A stretch of 63,877 bases of DNA, counting the filler, from Reticulomyxa filosa (Eukaryota; Protista; Foraminifera), in the NCBI GenBank assembly GCA_000512085.1. It is 23 parts of 23 records of this genome, joined end to end, with 100 filler letters (N's around TTAATTAATTAA, not from the genome) between each part and the next. Parts side by side here need not be neighbours in the genome. Positions count along the whole stretch, not along the records: positions 24,410 to 25,967 come from ASPP01018651.1; positions 26,068 to 27,409 come from ASPP01023446.1; positions 27,510 to 29,713 come from ASPP01019953.1; positions 29,814 to 31,453 come from ASPP01003365.1; positions 31,554 to 32,553 come from ASPP01038921.1; positions 32,654 to 35,914 come from ASPP01006997.1; positions 36,015 to 37,194 come from ASPP01015739.1; positions 37,295 to 40,058 come from ASPP01038353.1; 15 more parts are not named here. One strand, 5' to 3'. Positions 24,584-37,855 of the stretch are shown piece by piece (position 1 is the stretch's first letter; every line of letters starts with the position of its first letter). The notes under the pieces are model-generated. The model did not search any database, was not told the DNA's origin, and worked only from the letters and a program-made list of their open reading frames with translations. The position numbers and the translations under genes were made by a program.

Positions 24584-25200
24584 TTAAACAAATTTTCTTT
24601 GTTGAAAGATGATGTCATAACCAGTGGTGTGTTGATTTTCTAGACAATAGCATTCATTACTTTTTTTGTTGCAAATTTTTGTACTAATATCTTGCAACAT
24701 TTGCTTAAATAGATAGTCAATTTTATATTTTGATTTGACAACATTTTTCATGCGTTCGCTCAGCAAGCTACTTGATATACTTTTGTAGTTGACCAAATCA
24801 TTAAAAATCCATTATATTTATTAATGTTTTTACGAAGTTTTGAAATTGAATTTTACTTGCTCAATGAACTCATTCACATCATCTTCTGTCATTTTTGGAA
24901 ATGGATTGCATGCAACTTCATAATTCAATTCCTGTTCAAACAATTGCTTCAAATTACTCAAATCTTTATTTTTCACATTTGGAAGATTACGCTAAATCGC
25001 AATTTTCAGTATATTCACTGATTGCAATCATCAACAATGCACTTTTTATGATTTTCATTTTGCCAAGTATTACTGAAATCCAAATAATTTTAAATGTGGG
25101 TTCCCGGTTTTCAAATTCCTTTTTCATTGCTTCATCTGATTCAATAATGTTATTCTAATTGCAGTCTTACATTTTCATTATTCATAATTTGGGAATCTTT
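24584..25200 (-). pseudogene. Decayed caspase/metacaspase-like (peptidase C14-like) gene
   Basis: Across frameshifts it reads IIKSALLMIAISEY...NLPNVKNKDLSNLKQLFEQELNY...MTEDDVNEFIEQV...KLRKNINKYNG, the first strand and helices of a caspase fold, then FLMIWSTT...KQMLQDI...YDIIFQQRK. It has multiple frameshifts and stops. Confidence 0.65.
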
Positions 25201-26339
25201 TGGTTCCAAACAATTATAACTTTGGCGAAGAAGCTCTTCAAAATGCCAAAGCTTTCATTTTTATCAATTTTTTCTTTCGTCCACTATCACATATGCTGTC
25301 AACTGTTTTTATGTTTTGTTATTATAATTTAAACACAAAAAAACAACAGTAAAGAGAAGACTATTTATTAACTTTCCCTTCTTTGTTGTCTTCGTTGTCC
25401 TGTTTTTTACTCTCCTTCTGCCACTTTCAACTGATCCTCTTTTTCTGTATCTTCTTTGCTCAACTGGGCTGAAGTAATAGTATCTTGACTTTGTTCAAGA
25501 TCGACAAGTGAAGTGGGAAAATTATCCTGACTCTGAAAAGAAGTTATGATACCCATGTTCTGATGAAGTTAACAAGCGGGGTGGAAGATGAAAGGGAGCT
25601 GAGCTATTAATGTTTTGACCTTGTCTTTCACGTATTTCAGGGGGTTCTTGTACTATTATTTGATTACCCATGTTGTTGACGCTGAGGAACTATTTAGTCC
25701 AAATTTTTTAGAAAAAGCTATCTCTGAAAAACTGGAAAGCGCAACAAAAACTTGGTTTTGTTTTGAGATTCAGCTATCAATAGAAAAAAATGTATTGAGT
25801 GTTTGGAAATAACCAAAGAATAAACTGATAGTAGTACACAAAGACGTGTGTGTGTGTGGAAGTGAATTATTCAAAGGGAAATATTTGTAATTATCTTCTA
25901 AACATTTTCAAAAAACTGTTTTAAACGAGAGAGACCCTTTTGTTTTGGAGAAGGAAAAAAAAAAAAANNNNNNNNNNNNNNNNNNNNNNNNNNNNNNNNN
26001 NNNNNNNNNNNTTAATTAATTAANNNNNNNNNNNNNNNNNNNNNNNNNNNNNNNNNNNNNNNNNNNNTTTTTTTTTTTCTTTTGTGTGTAGGGCAGGGTA
26101 ACATAAGACACTTTGACATTGACGGACGGGGGGAACCTATTTACACACATGAAACACAAAACACTTGAACATATTAATAAACAGATAAAAAAATAAAACA
26201 AACATTTGTTTCTCCTTTCGGAGACGGGGTTGTTTCTACCCCGTATTCTTCTTTTCTTTGCATGGCATTGGGTAGGTGGACTATATTGTAAACATCACCC
26301 AATCATATTTATAAGTTAAACAAACAAAAAAACTAAAGG

Positions 26340-27409
26340 TTTACCTTCTCTTTGCATTTGGAATTGCAATGGCCGCTCGCATCGCGTATCACAACCACAA
26401 GTATTCATTTGTCGCTGTCACTATCTTCCAACCATTTGCGCAATTTTCATCGCTTAATTTCATAACATGTGCTATACATAATCAACAAAAAAAAAAATAA
26501 TGATCATTATTGCAACGACTATAAAATAAAATAAATAAAAGTAACTTGTCGACATCACAAAACATAACCAACGTTTGCATTTGCAGTGGACCATTTACGG
26601 CGTTGATATTATCATCAAATAATTTGCGCGACATTTTGAATATGATTATGAGTAACTTTGTGGATTTGAATGCGAGCCATTTTGTATAGATAGTGCGAGA
26701 CAGTTTGGTTTGTGGCATAAGTGCCATTGAGTACCACGCCTAGGAAAAAGAAGCGCTGCTTTGCATAAAAGAGTCTGGGCAATCACGACAGACTTGCAAT
26801 TCAATTGCTCGTCGTATACGTTATCGCCCAAATTCTCGTATGCTACAACAGCACTTCTGTCGCCTTAAAGGCATCATTTGGCCATCACGACAGCGTTTCT
26901 GTCACACTTTCTACCAGCAATAACATCTGGTATGACAATGTGTAAGTGTCCATCGTATTAATCCATTCTTCACTTGGCAATGTCATCGCATACTCGCACA
27001 TACTTTTGTGATCTGCTTTATCATACGATCTATACCTTAAATTTTTTTTTTTGTTACGTTTTTTTTAATAAAAAAAAAGTAAAAAAAAAACAAAAACTGA
27101 ACATTGCAGTTTGAACAACATTTGCAAGACGGATGGTGAAGTTTTTGTATCGGCATCAAGAATTTGCATTTGATGTTGGACTTCGCACGAACGCACCATT
27201 GGATATCTCTTGGACTTGATATTGAGATCACTGAATGACATACTTGCTGCGACAATCTATAGCATTGATTGAAGATTTCTACATTCGCGCCAATGTGACA
27301 TATGCAATAATTGATTGATAATAATATCCTCAATTCTATGCTAGATCCTGATCGCTTGTGCAATTTATAATCTCCATTTGATGGTGTCTTGCTTGCCATT
27401 ACGTCTACC
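26340..27409 (-). pseudogene. Degenerate coding-like sequence, family not identified
   Basis: Protein-like stretches (HRIEDIIINQLLHMSHWRECRNLQ; YDKADHKSMCEYAMTL) are interrupted by stops and intron-like T/A runs. Confidence 0.35.
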
Positions 27410-29813
27410 NNNNNNNNNNNNNNNNNNNNNNNNNNNNNNNNNNNNNNNNNNNNTTAATTAATTAANNNNNNNNNNNNNNNNNNNNNNNNNNNNNNNNNNN
27501 NNNNNNNNNGACAAACACATCAACCATCAAACCAATCATCACATCAACTATCGCACAAATCATCAACAAAATATCATAACACAAATTGGAAATATAGGTG
27601 CAGCAGATCAAATTCATGTGCATCCAATCACTTGATTTTTTTAAAAAAATTAAGTCACTAGATGTTGTGACCTTGCACTACAGTTACTTTCATTATTTTT
27701 CTTTCAATTAAAAAAAAGATATAGAGAAGTATGTAAAAAAACTTTGATAACAATAAAATGACAATTGTTTCAATTATATAATTTTTTTAAAAATACAATA
27801 GACAGCACGTTATGACTACCAGAGAAACTGATTTGCTTAAGTCAAAGCCTACGTAGGCAAGACAATGCAAGCATAAACGATGGGGTTATTGACGATGCTT
27901 GTGTGGAAAGTGGCAAAAATGATATTGTCGATATCATGAATGGCACTGATGTTGATGGCATTGTATTACGTTGGCTGGGGCGATCATTCAATATATTATC
28001 ACTAATCTCAAATTGCGTCAATTTGCCGGCGCGTTGCTCAACAATCGAGCATGACGAACTCGATTGCCGCACAAAAAGCCCCTTACGTGGAAGGGCAAAA
28101 ATGCCATCTCACCCCAACGACTGCGCATTGCGCAACAAAAAAAAAAGGCCATCTGATCACTGTCAATCTGACAAGGCCAATTGGTACGTCAAACATTTTT
28201 TAACATACGTATATATGTACATGCACGAAAACAATGTATGATTTTTTTTTCAATATTGTATACCACATATAAAAAATAACATAGAGCAATAACGCAATGA
28301 CAACGACGACAATGACAAGCAGAAACGGGGTAGAATCCACCCATGTCTCCGAAAGGAGCAAAAGAGGTTTGTTTTATCTTTTTTTTATAAAAATATATCA
28401 AGCTGATGTGTGTTTGTGTATAGGGATCCTCCGTCCACCAAAACTGTTAACTGTTCGCACCCTTCACTCAACATACACACACAAAAATAATGGGGTCGAA
28501 GACCACCCGGCCTACGATAAAAATAAAAGCGGTATGTTGTATTTATATATTTATATATTTTTATCGACATAATGTGAGTGTACGTTTGTAATACATAGGA
28601 ATTCCCCCGCATAAAGAAAAAAATTTGCATTTATATTTTTGTCGCTCCATCCATACATAAACAAAAAAAAATGTTGACTTTGCCCACAGTAGGAAAAATT
28701 TGAAATGTGAGCTTTAGCTCCAACTAATAGGTATTTATATTTTGTGTATATTAAAAATTTAAAAAATAATTTTTTTGTGTGTTTGTACAGGTGCAACCAG
28801 GACACAACGGTTTTTTTATTGAAGAAGTTGCAGAAAGGGGGAGGAAAAAAACAGTGGAAAAATGTATAAAAAATATTAGAAAAAAAATGTATAAAAAGGG
28901 GAGTGGAAAATTTATGAATAAAAAGAAGGGGAAAAAAGAAGGAATTAGGAAAAAAATATTATATGATAATAAAAGAAAAAAAATTTAAAAAAGTTGTTGA
29001 AAAATAAGAAAATAATGAATAAATAAAAAGATTGATAAAAAAAGAAAAAAAAAAAAAGAAAAAAAGAGAAGATGAAAAAGAAAATAGAAAAAAATGATAA
29101 AACAAAAAAATTGAAACTTTATTTTTTTTAAGTGTGGAGCTATTATCCGGTGGATCTCAACAAAAAGTTAAGTAAAATAAATACATATTTTTTTTTTATA
29201 TTGACTTGTTTAAAATAAAAAAATAGTAATGGGAAGAGATTGCAGCGACGGATTATCAGTGACAAATTCAGTATAAAAAAAAACGATCTCACATTATATG
29301 CTCTTCTAACTTTCCATGATATCACTGTGTGTTTCCACAATTTCTTTTTTGTAACAATAAAATAAGCTTTTTTTTTTACATATAAGCAGTATACGTGGAT
29401 GAACCTTGAAGCCTTAGTGCCTGTGCAATCAAGAGATGGATTATAATCAAAAGACATGGATGGATGGGTTGAAATAATTAGAATGGATATTTCAATGTCA
29501 CTGAGACTTACAGTTCATTGTAATTTAAAATATTTTTAAAAAAACAAATCAAAAACAAACAGAAAGTTGATATTAAGATACATTATTTGTAATATACAGA
29601 CTTTGCGAACTGAACTAAAATCGTTGGCATTTTTGGGAACTGGAGTGTATTGCAAAGTGAAATCATATCCATAATGAAGCCTTCACATTGCGCCAAAATC
29701 ATTTTGCATGTGANNNNNNNNNNNNNNNNNNNNNNNNNNNNNNNNNNNNNNNNNNNNTTAATTAATTAANNNNNNNNNNNNNNNNNNNNNNNNNNNNNNN
29801 NNNNNNNNNNNNN

Positions 29814-30133
29814 CATGGATTGGACTATTTTGATTTGTATTTGATTCATTCAGGTGAAAATCTTAATCAATTTATTGTTTATATAGCAAAATAAAAAAGC
29901 TTTTTTTGGAAAAAAGGTATGTCAAACTATGGATTGACTCATTTGCAGGCGTTAGAGAAAGTAGGCCTCCCTTTGCCTGCGGTGAATCAGATTGAGTTAT
30001 ACCATTGGCTTTAATAGAAATTATAAAATATTGCCGAAGCAAAAATATTGGTGTTGATGCATATTCGCATTTGACCAAAGGACAAATGTTGAAAAAACCA
30101 AATCAACATTTGCAAGAAATGATTGACCGCTGA
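29814..30133 (+). pseudogene. Aldo/keto reductase fragment
   Basis: GLDYFDLYLIHS, GMSNYGLTHL, PAVNQIEL and YCRSKNIGVDAYSHL are AKR motifs. The frame is broken by stops and deletions. Confidence 0.85.
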
Positions 30134-32029
30134 AATTTTCTCAAAAGTTGAAGTATATAAAAGCAAAATAAATTTATTAGTTATACATCATATGAAGCCT
30201 ACAAAATGTTGATATTAAATAAAGAAGATAAGCAGCAGTAATTTTTGAGAAATTCAGAAAGGACTGCAAATTAAGTATGATATTGAAATAAATAGAAATT
30301 AGTATGTTTAAATTCGTAGAAGACAAAGCATATAATAAAATGAAATTATATCAATACAAAAGAGATTTATGTTTATTGACATTAATAAAATTATATTATA
30401 CGTTGGATGTAACTGCCACAAATGTAAAACCAAGAGAACTAAAGAATACATATTTAAGAAGATCAGATTATTAAAAGAAATTTAAGTAAAAAATAGACAA
30501 TTTAAATTAAATATAAAAAATTCGAACTTGAAAAATGAGCAGAAAAAGAACTCATAATTTAAAAGTTTAGATTAACGAAATGTGTTTAAAATTTAATTAA
30601 AAACTATTGTTTATTGTTTCAGTTTTTAGTTTTGTTTTACTTTTAAGTGCGATTTTCCGTTATGATAAACTCCGGTTTTTAAGCAAACTTTACGTTTCAG
30701 TTTAAGTGAAAAAGTAAATTATTTGATATACTAGTTAGTTTTTGATAATTTTCTACTTTAAATATAAATTTAAATGTTTATTGGAACTTTGAGTCTATTT
30801 AAAGACAAAAGCGATACTCCAGAAAAGAAAAAACTTAAATTTTATAATCCGTTTTTCAATTTTAATTACTAAAAATTCGGACAATACGAGAATGCAAATA
30901 ATTATTGATTTGTGCGAAAGTTCTCCAGAAGGTAAAGAAGTAGATATATTTGTAGATGATAATATCACGAATACAGTAAAGAGATGATTTTAGGATTAAA
31001 GACTAGAATTGTTAATATGATTGTCTGCGAGTTTAGCATTTGGTGTTATTTGTCAATGATAAATAAAGTGGCAATACCTGGAAAAGGATCATTTAAAGAT
31101 AAGGTAACATCAGCAAACAAAAAGAATAGATAAAAGTACTAAAAAATAATTTAGTTCTAGCACAATGATTTTTAAATGTTGCCTGTAAAATAAGAAATAC
31201 TAATAAGAATATTGGATTGGTGATTTACTAGGTTATGATTTTATAATAATAAAGAAATAAAGTTAGCTTATTTACATACTTGCGTAATACCTTATATTAA
31301 CACTATCTGACGACTGTCCAAATCCAAACGCAACGCGTACGTCTTTCCAAAGTGTCGCACGTGTAGTTTTCGTTGTTTGAGAGTCACAAGGACAATAATA
31401 CTCAAATGTTGAGATATAGAGTGAATAATGAGTTGTGGAAGGATTATCTTGGANNNNNNNNNNNNNNNNNNNNNNNNNNNNNNNNNNNNNNNNNNNNTTA
31501 ATTAATTAANNNNNNNNNNNNNNNNNNNNNNNNNNNNNNNNNNNNNNNNNNNNTTTTTCTTAGCACCGACTATAAATCAGTTGATTGCATATTACAACAT
31601 GCAGTTATCAATTTTTTTTTCAAAGACACAAGTGAACCAAATTGACATATTTACATATTTTTGGTTTGAATTTTCAAAATATTACAATTCAGAAATATTT
31701 TGCTATGAATATACTTTGATTAGGAGGATGTCAGATGAGCTGGAGAAGGACTACATTATTTTTAAAAAATCAAAAGAAGCAACAATTGAACGAAAAAACA
31801 AAAAAATTTGAGGCAAGTATCAAATACTTGCAATGCAACAAACTTGACGTTGTTTGGCTCCACTTCACCTTGCTCGCTGACACCGCACAACCGACACTTT
31901 CCAATTACTCGACCAGACAGATATTTGATTCTTGGGAGGCCTATGTTATATACGTGTGTGTGTTGATTAACATTAAATCTTTCAATCACATTATAAAAAA
32001 AAAAATATTATAACTTGGAACATAGGTTG

Positions 32030-32553
32030 CGCATTTAACACGATAAAATCAGCCCACCACTTTCAAAATGTTTGATTTTCTTTCAACCAATAATGACCTT
32101 CCTGATTCAACATATTGGATTCCGTCAGCAACAATTCGACTATGTTGTTGCAGTACATGAAAATAATAAAAATGGCGACAACATCAGTCGATACTGCTGC
32201 TATTTTGCTGGCGATCACTGCAGCATCAATGGCAATGCAAGCAACAACAATTTGTCCATCTGCAATCCAACTTCACGTAGTACACGTCCATTTGTACACC
32301 TTTAATACCTATTCAAAAATTTCAAACACATATCACATACACAAATAATCAAATATACGTATAAAGATATTACGTCGAATATGTACATAAAAAAACCTTT
32401 TTAAGCAATGGATCCAAGTACGATTATAACATGAAAGAGGACATTCGCACAAATGACAACAGAATAACAGCGACTCTTTGATTCTTGTGTCCAAATGCGC
32501 ACTTTGATTTCAACGACAATGCCTCCATCAAGTATCCATTATTTTGAGCGACT
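32030..32553 (+). pseudogene. Interrupted coding-like or repeat-family sequence, unidentified
   Basis: A plausible reading (FDYVVAVHENNKNGDNISRYCCYF...FKNFKHISH) is interrupted by stops. Confidence 0.25.
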
Positions 32554-33028
32554 NNNNNNNNNNNNNNNNNNNNNNNNNNNNNNNNNNNNNNNNNNNNTTA
32601 ATTAATTAANNNNNNNNNNNNNNNNNNNNNNNNNNNNNNNNNNNNNNNNNNNNTTTTTTTTTTTTTTGAAAAATCGACGAATGCACTACTCTTGTCCTTT
32701 TTCTTTCTCACTTTTTACTCTGTCGTGTAGTACGTAATCATCCCTCTCTTTTTTTATTCTTTGTGTTTTCTCTGTTAGTCTTTAAGCTTCCCGGTTCCCA
32801 GGAAGAAAAAGACAACTTTTTTTTTTTGGTCTTGAAAAAATTTTTAAGAATCCCTGCCACTTTTGCGTGAGGTTCACACCCCAAATTGCACTTAAAAAAA
32901 AAAAAAAAAAAAAGAACAACTCAGGCTTCAAAGCCGAACACAATGTCATAAAATGAGAAATTTGATAACTTAGAACAAATGGCTTTTTTTTTTTTTTTTA
33001 ATATGTATAGAGTCGTAAAAAAAAAAAA

Positions 33029-34625
33029 TTAGTAAAAAGACATGGAACTATGAAACAACTGAGCTAAAGTGTCCTTGTTAACGGGGGAAGGAGACAGTCC
33101 AAGGACTCGTTGTTGAGGCAAAGCGCCTTCGACTAAGGTGGGGATATCGGAGGTGGAGAATCCACATTCGGACAATCCGTCCGGAATGCCAAGTGTTTGC
33201 ATGAAGAAGAGGATGCGATCTCGTAATCGATTGGCGACGAGATGAACATGATCGGGATGAAGCGAGTCATCGGTGGAAGGAAAAGAGGTGGGATCGGCGC
33301 CAAGCCAAATGGCGGCCTGTTGATGGCGCAAGGGATTGGAGGGACAAGTGAAAGAAAAGACGGAGGGAGCAGTTAGCACGACACTAACGCCGTGAGGAAT
33401 AATGGGATGTCCCAAGGCATGATAATCACGAAAGACATACTTTCGATGATGGTTGAGTCCACTAATGGGATAGGACATGCCGTGACATAGATGAACACCA
33501 GCAGTGCCAAAGCCCATTCCAGCAAAGCACGAAGCATATTGCATTTGCGTGCGTGCTTGCGTATCCTCAGGATCTTGCGCAGCACGAACAAAGTACTGTT
33601 GGATGATCGGTAATGCGACACCACACCAAATGTCGGCAATGGGATTGGCACCTTGATATGCAGGACGTTGAGAAGGATTGAGAGGACGTGGAGATCTTTC
33701 GTTGAATGGTATGGCCGTATACGATTCCAAAGCATGACACAATACATCAAACCCACTGCTAATCACCACTCCTGGTGGCTGGTACATCACGTGGTCACTG
33801 TCAATTAAACCAAGTGTCGGCGTCAAATATCGATGTCCGATCCCTGTCTTAAAATTCTTCTCTTCGATGTCAAATATTATCACACCCGTCGTTTCACTAC
33901 CCGTCCCACTCGTCGTCGGAATTGCTATCAACGGCTTCATCTTCTTTGTTGGAACCATACCCTTGCCTATCGGCACATTTATAAAGTCTTCAAAATTATT
34001 TTCGGGATGACTGCTATACAGATTCCCTGCCTTGGCCGTGTCCATTACACTCCCGCCACCCACTGCCACTATTCCATCGTACGCTTTTTTTCTCACAAAT
34101 TCAATGCAATGCTTCAAACTTTTATCCGTTGGCTCCACTCGAACTTGATCGTATACATCAAACTCCAGACCTTCTTTATGTAACGCCTTTCATTTATATA
34201 CATATATATATGCATATATGTATATACATATATATGTATATATATGTATATGTATATGCATATTTATACTTACATTTATTTAATCGTCTCCTTATTTTAT
34301 ATACATATATATATATATATATTATTCATACCTCCACTGTTGTCAATACCGGACGCAACTTTGCCATTCTTTCATCCGTTATTACACATATCTTCTTACA
34401 ACCCATATTCTTCAAATCCATCCCCACCTCCTTTGTCACTCCTCCACCGAACCGTAGATTCGATGACTTAAACTCAAACGCGTAGTCTTTTGTCGTCTTC
34501 GCACTGCTCCCTACTTTACAATGTGACGCTTTGTGCCAACCACAACTTGACCCATGTGCCGCACAAAACGTATTCTCATTGAAATATCTTAATGTTCGTA
34601 ACACTTCGCTTCGTGACCGATACAT
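33029..34625 (-). CDS. ADHFE1: Hydroxyacid-oxoacid transhydrogenase (iron-containing ADH family), probably mitochondrial
   Basis: DYAFEFKSSNLRFGGGVTKEVGMDL, AVGGGSVMDTAK, IPTTSGTGSETTG, FDVLCHALESYTA, GVHLCHGMSYPISG and PHGVSV. Intron 34187-34331 is in phase. The gene is complete. Confidence 0.95.
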
Positions 34626-34911
34626 TTTATTTTTTTTTTTTAAATTAATTTGTTGATGTTGAACGCTCTTTTTCAAACGCTTAAAGTTAGTGATCACTGT
34701 TGATTAAATTCGAAGATAAACTAGATTGCTCAAAATAGTTCAATATTGTGTCAAATTGCTTGCATTTTATGTGTTTACAAAAAAAAACGAGGATTTACAA
34801 ACGTGTGCTATCAATACCTTGCGAAGGCAGGATTGAGAAACGGGCACCTCTTGCACTGTGAAAGAAAAAAAGGAAAATTGCGAAATACCGCAGTGAACGA
34901 AGGGGAAAAAT

Positions 34912-35365
34912 ATGTGGTCAATGATGTCTGGTGTTGAAATCCACTCAATGTCACTGCTACTCCTACTCTTGCTCTTAGTTCGAGCAGTGTACAGCGCGAA
35001 CTACAATACGATCCAGGTCCAGGACCTTGGAACGTCGTACAAAATAGTGAGCCAAAACATTTCAGTGGAGATAACGAAATCGAATCCGATGACGAGCATT
35101 GTGAACGCCGGCAATGAGGTGTCAATGCGAATTCCATCCTTGGGATATAGTGATTGGTACGCATACGATTTTCAGAGCATAAATCATCAGATTTACGAGG
35201 GGTACGAATTTCGAACGGGGACGGATATACACAACTACGCGGCAGTGTCGATATTGCAATACACGTTATCGACCGACAGCAAGAGTGTGTCATTCGTCAT
35301 GAGCACGAATGAAAACACAAATGCAAGGCTGACCTTGACATTGAGTCGATTCGAGTACGTTTATC

Positions 35366-35396
<31 letters not shown>

Positions 35397-35914
35397 ATTT
35401 TTGTTTTCACTTATGAAGGAGCTTGAAAGAGAATATATATATATATAAATACATATGTATATACATAACGTATACAAAAAAAAAAAATGTATATCTTATT
35501 CTACTATTGGGAAAATGAAAGGACGGCAAACTTCAACATGGCACTGAGAATAGACAACACGAATGTCGAAGCGAAACACTTGCATAGTCACGTGATCGTG
35601 AGCATAGCGCCGACAGACTTTATCTATGGGTTTGGAGCACGCTACAACTCGATCAACCAAAATGGCAACCGGTTGTACTGTTGGTGTGAAGACGGCGGAT
35701 GGGACATGACCAACTTGTATGTCAACTTCGAAGCCGATCTGAGACTGCCGAAGCTCAATGACGTCAGCACGTACTTCCCAATGCCGTGGTTCTTCACCGA
35801 CCAAGGCTACGGGGTTTGGGTTAACACCACGTTCCAAACGCACTTTGACATTGGCAAGTCGTTTCAACAGCAGCTCATTATCGAGCAAGAAATGAATGAA
35901 TTTGAGTTTATTTG
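34912..35914 (+). CDS. Secreted glycoside hydrolase family 31-like protein, N-terminal part
   Basis: Signal peptide [31 protein letters not shown]...STYFPMPWFFTDQGYGVWVN is typical of the GH31 N-terminal beta-domain. Truncated by the contig end. Confidence 0.8.
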
Positions 35915-36034
35915 NNNNNNNNNNNNNNNNNNNNNNNNNNNNNNNNNNNNNNNNNNNNTTAATTAATTAANNNNNNNNNNNNNNNNNNNNNNNNNNNNNN
36001 NNNNNNNNNNNNNNAAAAAAAAAAAAAAAAAGTA

Positions 36035-36642
36035 ATTCGACCTCGCGTCGATGGATGGCCTACTCTTGGGTGCAAGAATTAGTTGGAAATTTCACATCGT
36101 GTTTGCCGAAAACCCAATGGAGAAAGCTTGTGTTTCCGATCTCTGGCAGTGCATCACACAATGCCAAGATTCACACGCATGGCAATGTCGATGGCCATGA
36201 CTCCATCCTGAGCACAATGCATGAGATGCGAGATGCATCGACTATTGTTTTAACCAAGCAACAGCAACAATGCCGAAGTACGACTCCAGTCATCCATATG
36301 TTGGCTTTGTTCAATGCAATGCAAAATCGCATTCAAACGCGACTTTCAATTGTCACACAATGCCAACATCTGGCCAAATGTCATTCTCATGTCCCCGAGC
36401 TGTCTCACGCCCTCCATGTCAAACCAAACAATTCCATTGATTCCTTTGTTGTTTGTACCTGTCCTGACGAATTCAAGGTATCTATACTATATATGTACAT
36501 ATACATATACATATATGTATAATGTATATATTGAATGAAATATATCTTTTATATAGAAATTCGGGGAACACATTCGAGACCATTCCAACTATGCAAAAGT
36601 GAAACTGTCACGTGGAAAAAGTTAACTAAAATATATATGTAC

Positions 36643-36674
<32 letters not shown>

Positions 36675-37097
36675 GCATATACATACTCCAACAATTAAAT
36701 AAATGCTCACTTCAAATGCAAAAACCAAGTAAGTTTAACTGCCATTGCTGAAATATCTCCTGCTTATCCTGATGACATCCCCGAGTTTCGAGTGACCATT
36801 AGTTTGGACGCACCAAAGACAAGTCATGGACGGGAGGGACTCCATTCGAATAATACTCATGACCATGTCAACAATGACAATGCAGAAAATAGAGATGGTA
36901 CGAGTGCGTTCGATCTCCATCTTCGCAATATCAAACATATGGAGGCGGCTGTCAACACTCAATTTGGCTATGTGACTGAACACAATTGCGTGTACTTGTT
37001 CTCCCTTATGCTGTACAAGCTACAGCTTTGCTTTGACCTTTACTGTGATGCGCTGTTGCAGCCTAATCACACGTCCGATCCGCTGCAATTCGATCAG
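36035..37097 (+). CDS. THOC5: THO complex subunit 5 (FMIP) homolog, internal/C-terminal exons
   Basis: AYSWVQELVG, NRIQTRLSIVTQ, TAIAEISPAYPDDIPEF and NIKHMEAAVN...LMLYKLQLCFDLY parallel the recalled THOC5 motifs PYLWVQKLGG, RVQSRLALHKQ, VVLNPGY..IPPVF and NIRAMEGEVN...QLQRLCVLLDVY. Confidence 0.75.
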
Positions 37098-37380
37098 GTT
37101 TGCTTCTTTGTTCGATTTCTATCGTGCTATACTTTATATAATAATCCACTCCATTTTTTTAATTGCTATTCTTCTTCTTCTTCTTCTTCTTCTTNNNNNN
37201 NNNNNNNNNNNNNNNNNNNNNNNNNNNNNNNNNNNNNNTTAATTAATTAANNNNNNNNNNNNNNNNNNNNNNNNNNNNNNNNNNNNNNNNNNNNTTTTTT
37301 TTTTTTTTTCCTTCCTCCTCCATTGCATCCCTTGTCTCCCTCCCTTTTCTGTCAATCTACTCCCTTCTTTCAATCCACAG

Positions 37381-37660
37381 ACTCATACCGCAAAATATTT
37401 ACATTGGAAGATCAGAATCTATTATTAGACATACTGGACACATCTGGACAAGAAGAATTTGCCTCGTTGCAAGACTCATGGATACGTACACGAGATGCAT
37501 TTTTGTTTGTGATTGCATACGGCCCTGAATATTTTTTCAAATCTTGGAACTTCACACTGCATTACATTGACAAATTGCTCAAGTCAACCAATGGCAATCT
37601 CGCCTCTCTGCCAATTGTTATTACAGCTACTCGAATTGACGAATTCCCACCAAATCAATA
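37381..37660 (+). CDS. Ras-family small GTPase, internal exon
   Basis: DSYRK...LLDILDTSGQEEF covers switch I/G3, preceded by a CAG acceptor. The G4 position reads TRID. Confidence 0.85.
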
Positions 37661-37727
37661 TGTTTTGTGTGATATCTGCTACTGCCTTTCCAAAAAAAAA
37701 AAAAAAGCAAAAAATCTTGCACCCTTG

Positions 37728-37764
<37 letters not shown>

Positions 37765-37768
37765 TGGG

Positions 37769-37799
<31 letters not shown>

Positions 37800-37855
37800 A
37801 ATATGTAATTTCTTTTTTTTTAAAAAAAAAAAAAAAAAAAAAGTTAAAAAGAAAC

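Noticed and set aside
26340-27409. In-frame TAA/TAG in protein-like sequence as evidence for stop-codon reassignment
   Set aside because: Long intact ORFs (BEACH, ADHFE1) have no internal stops, and genes end in TAA, TAG or TGA. Decay explains this region.
28820-29110. Long purine-rich tract as a regulatory or structural element
   Set aside because: It has no periodicity and looks like low-complexity or degraded read sequence.
27510-29713. Short ORFs and exon-like patches
   Set aside because: No recognisable motif or consistent splice model, so they were left unannotated.
30800-31320. Protein-like fragments (IIDLCESSPEGKEVDIFVDD; EYWIGDLLGYDF)
   Set aside because: They are too decayed to assign a family without a search.
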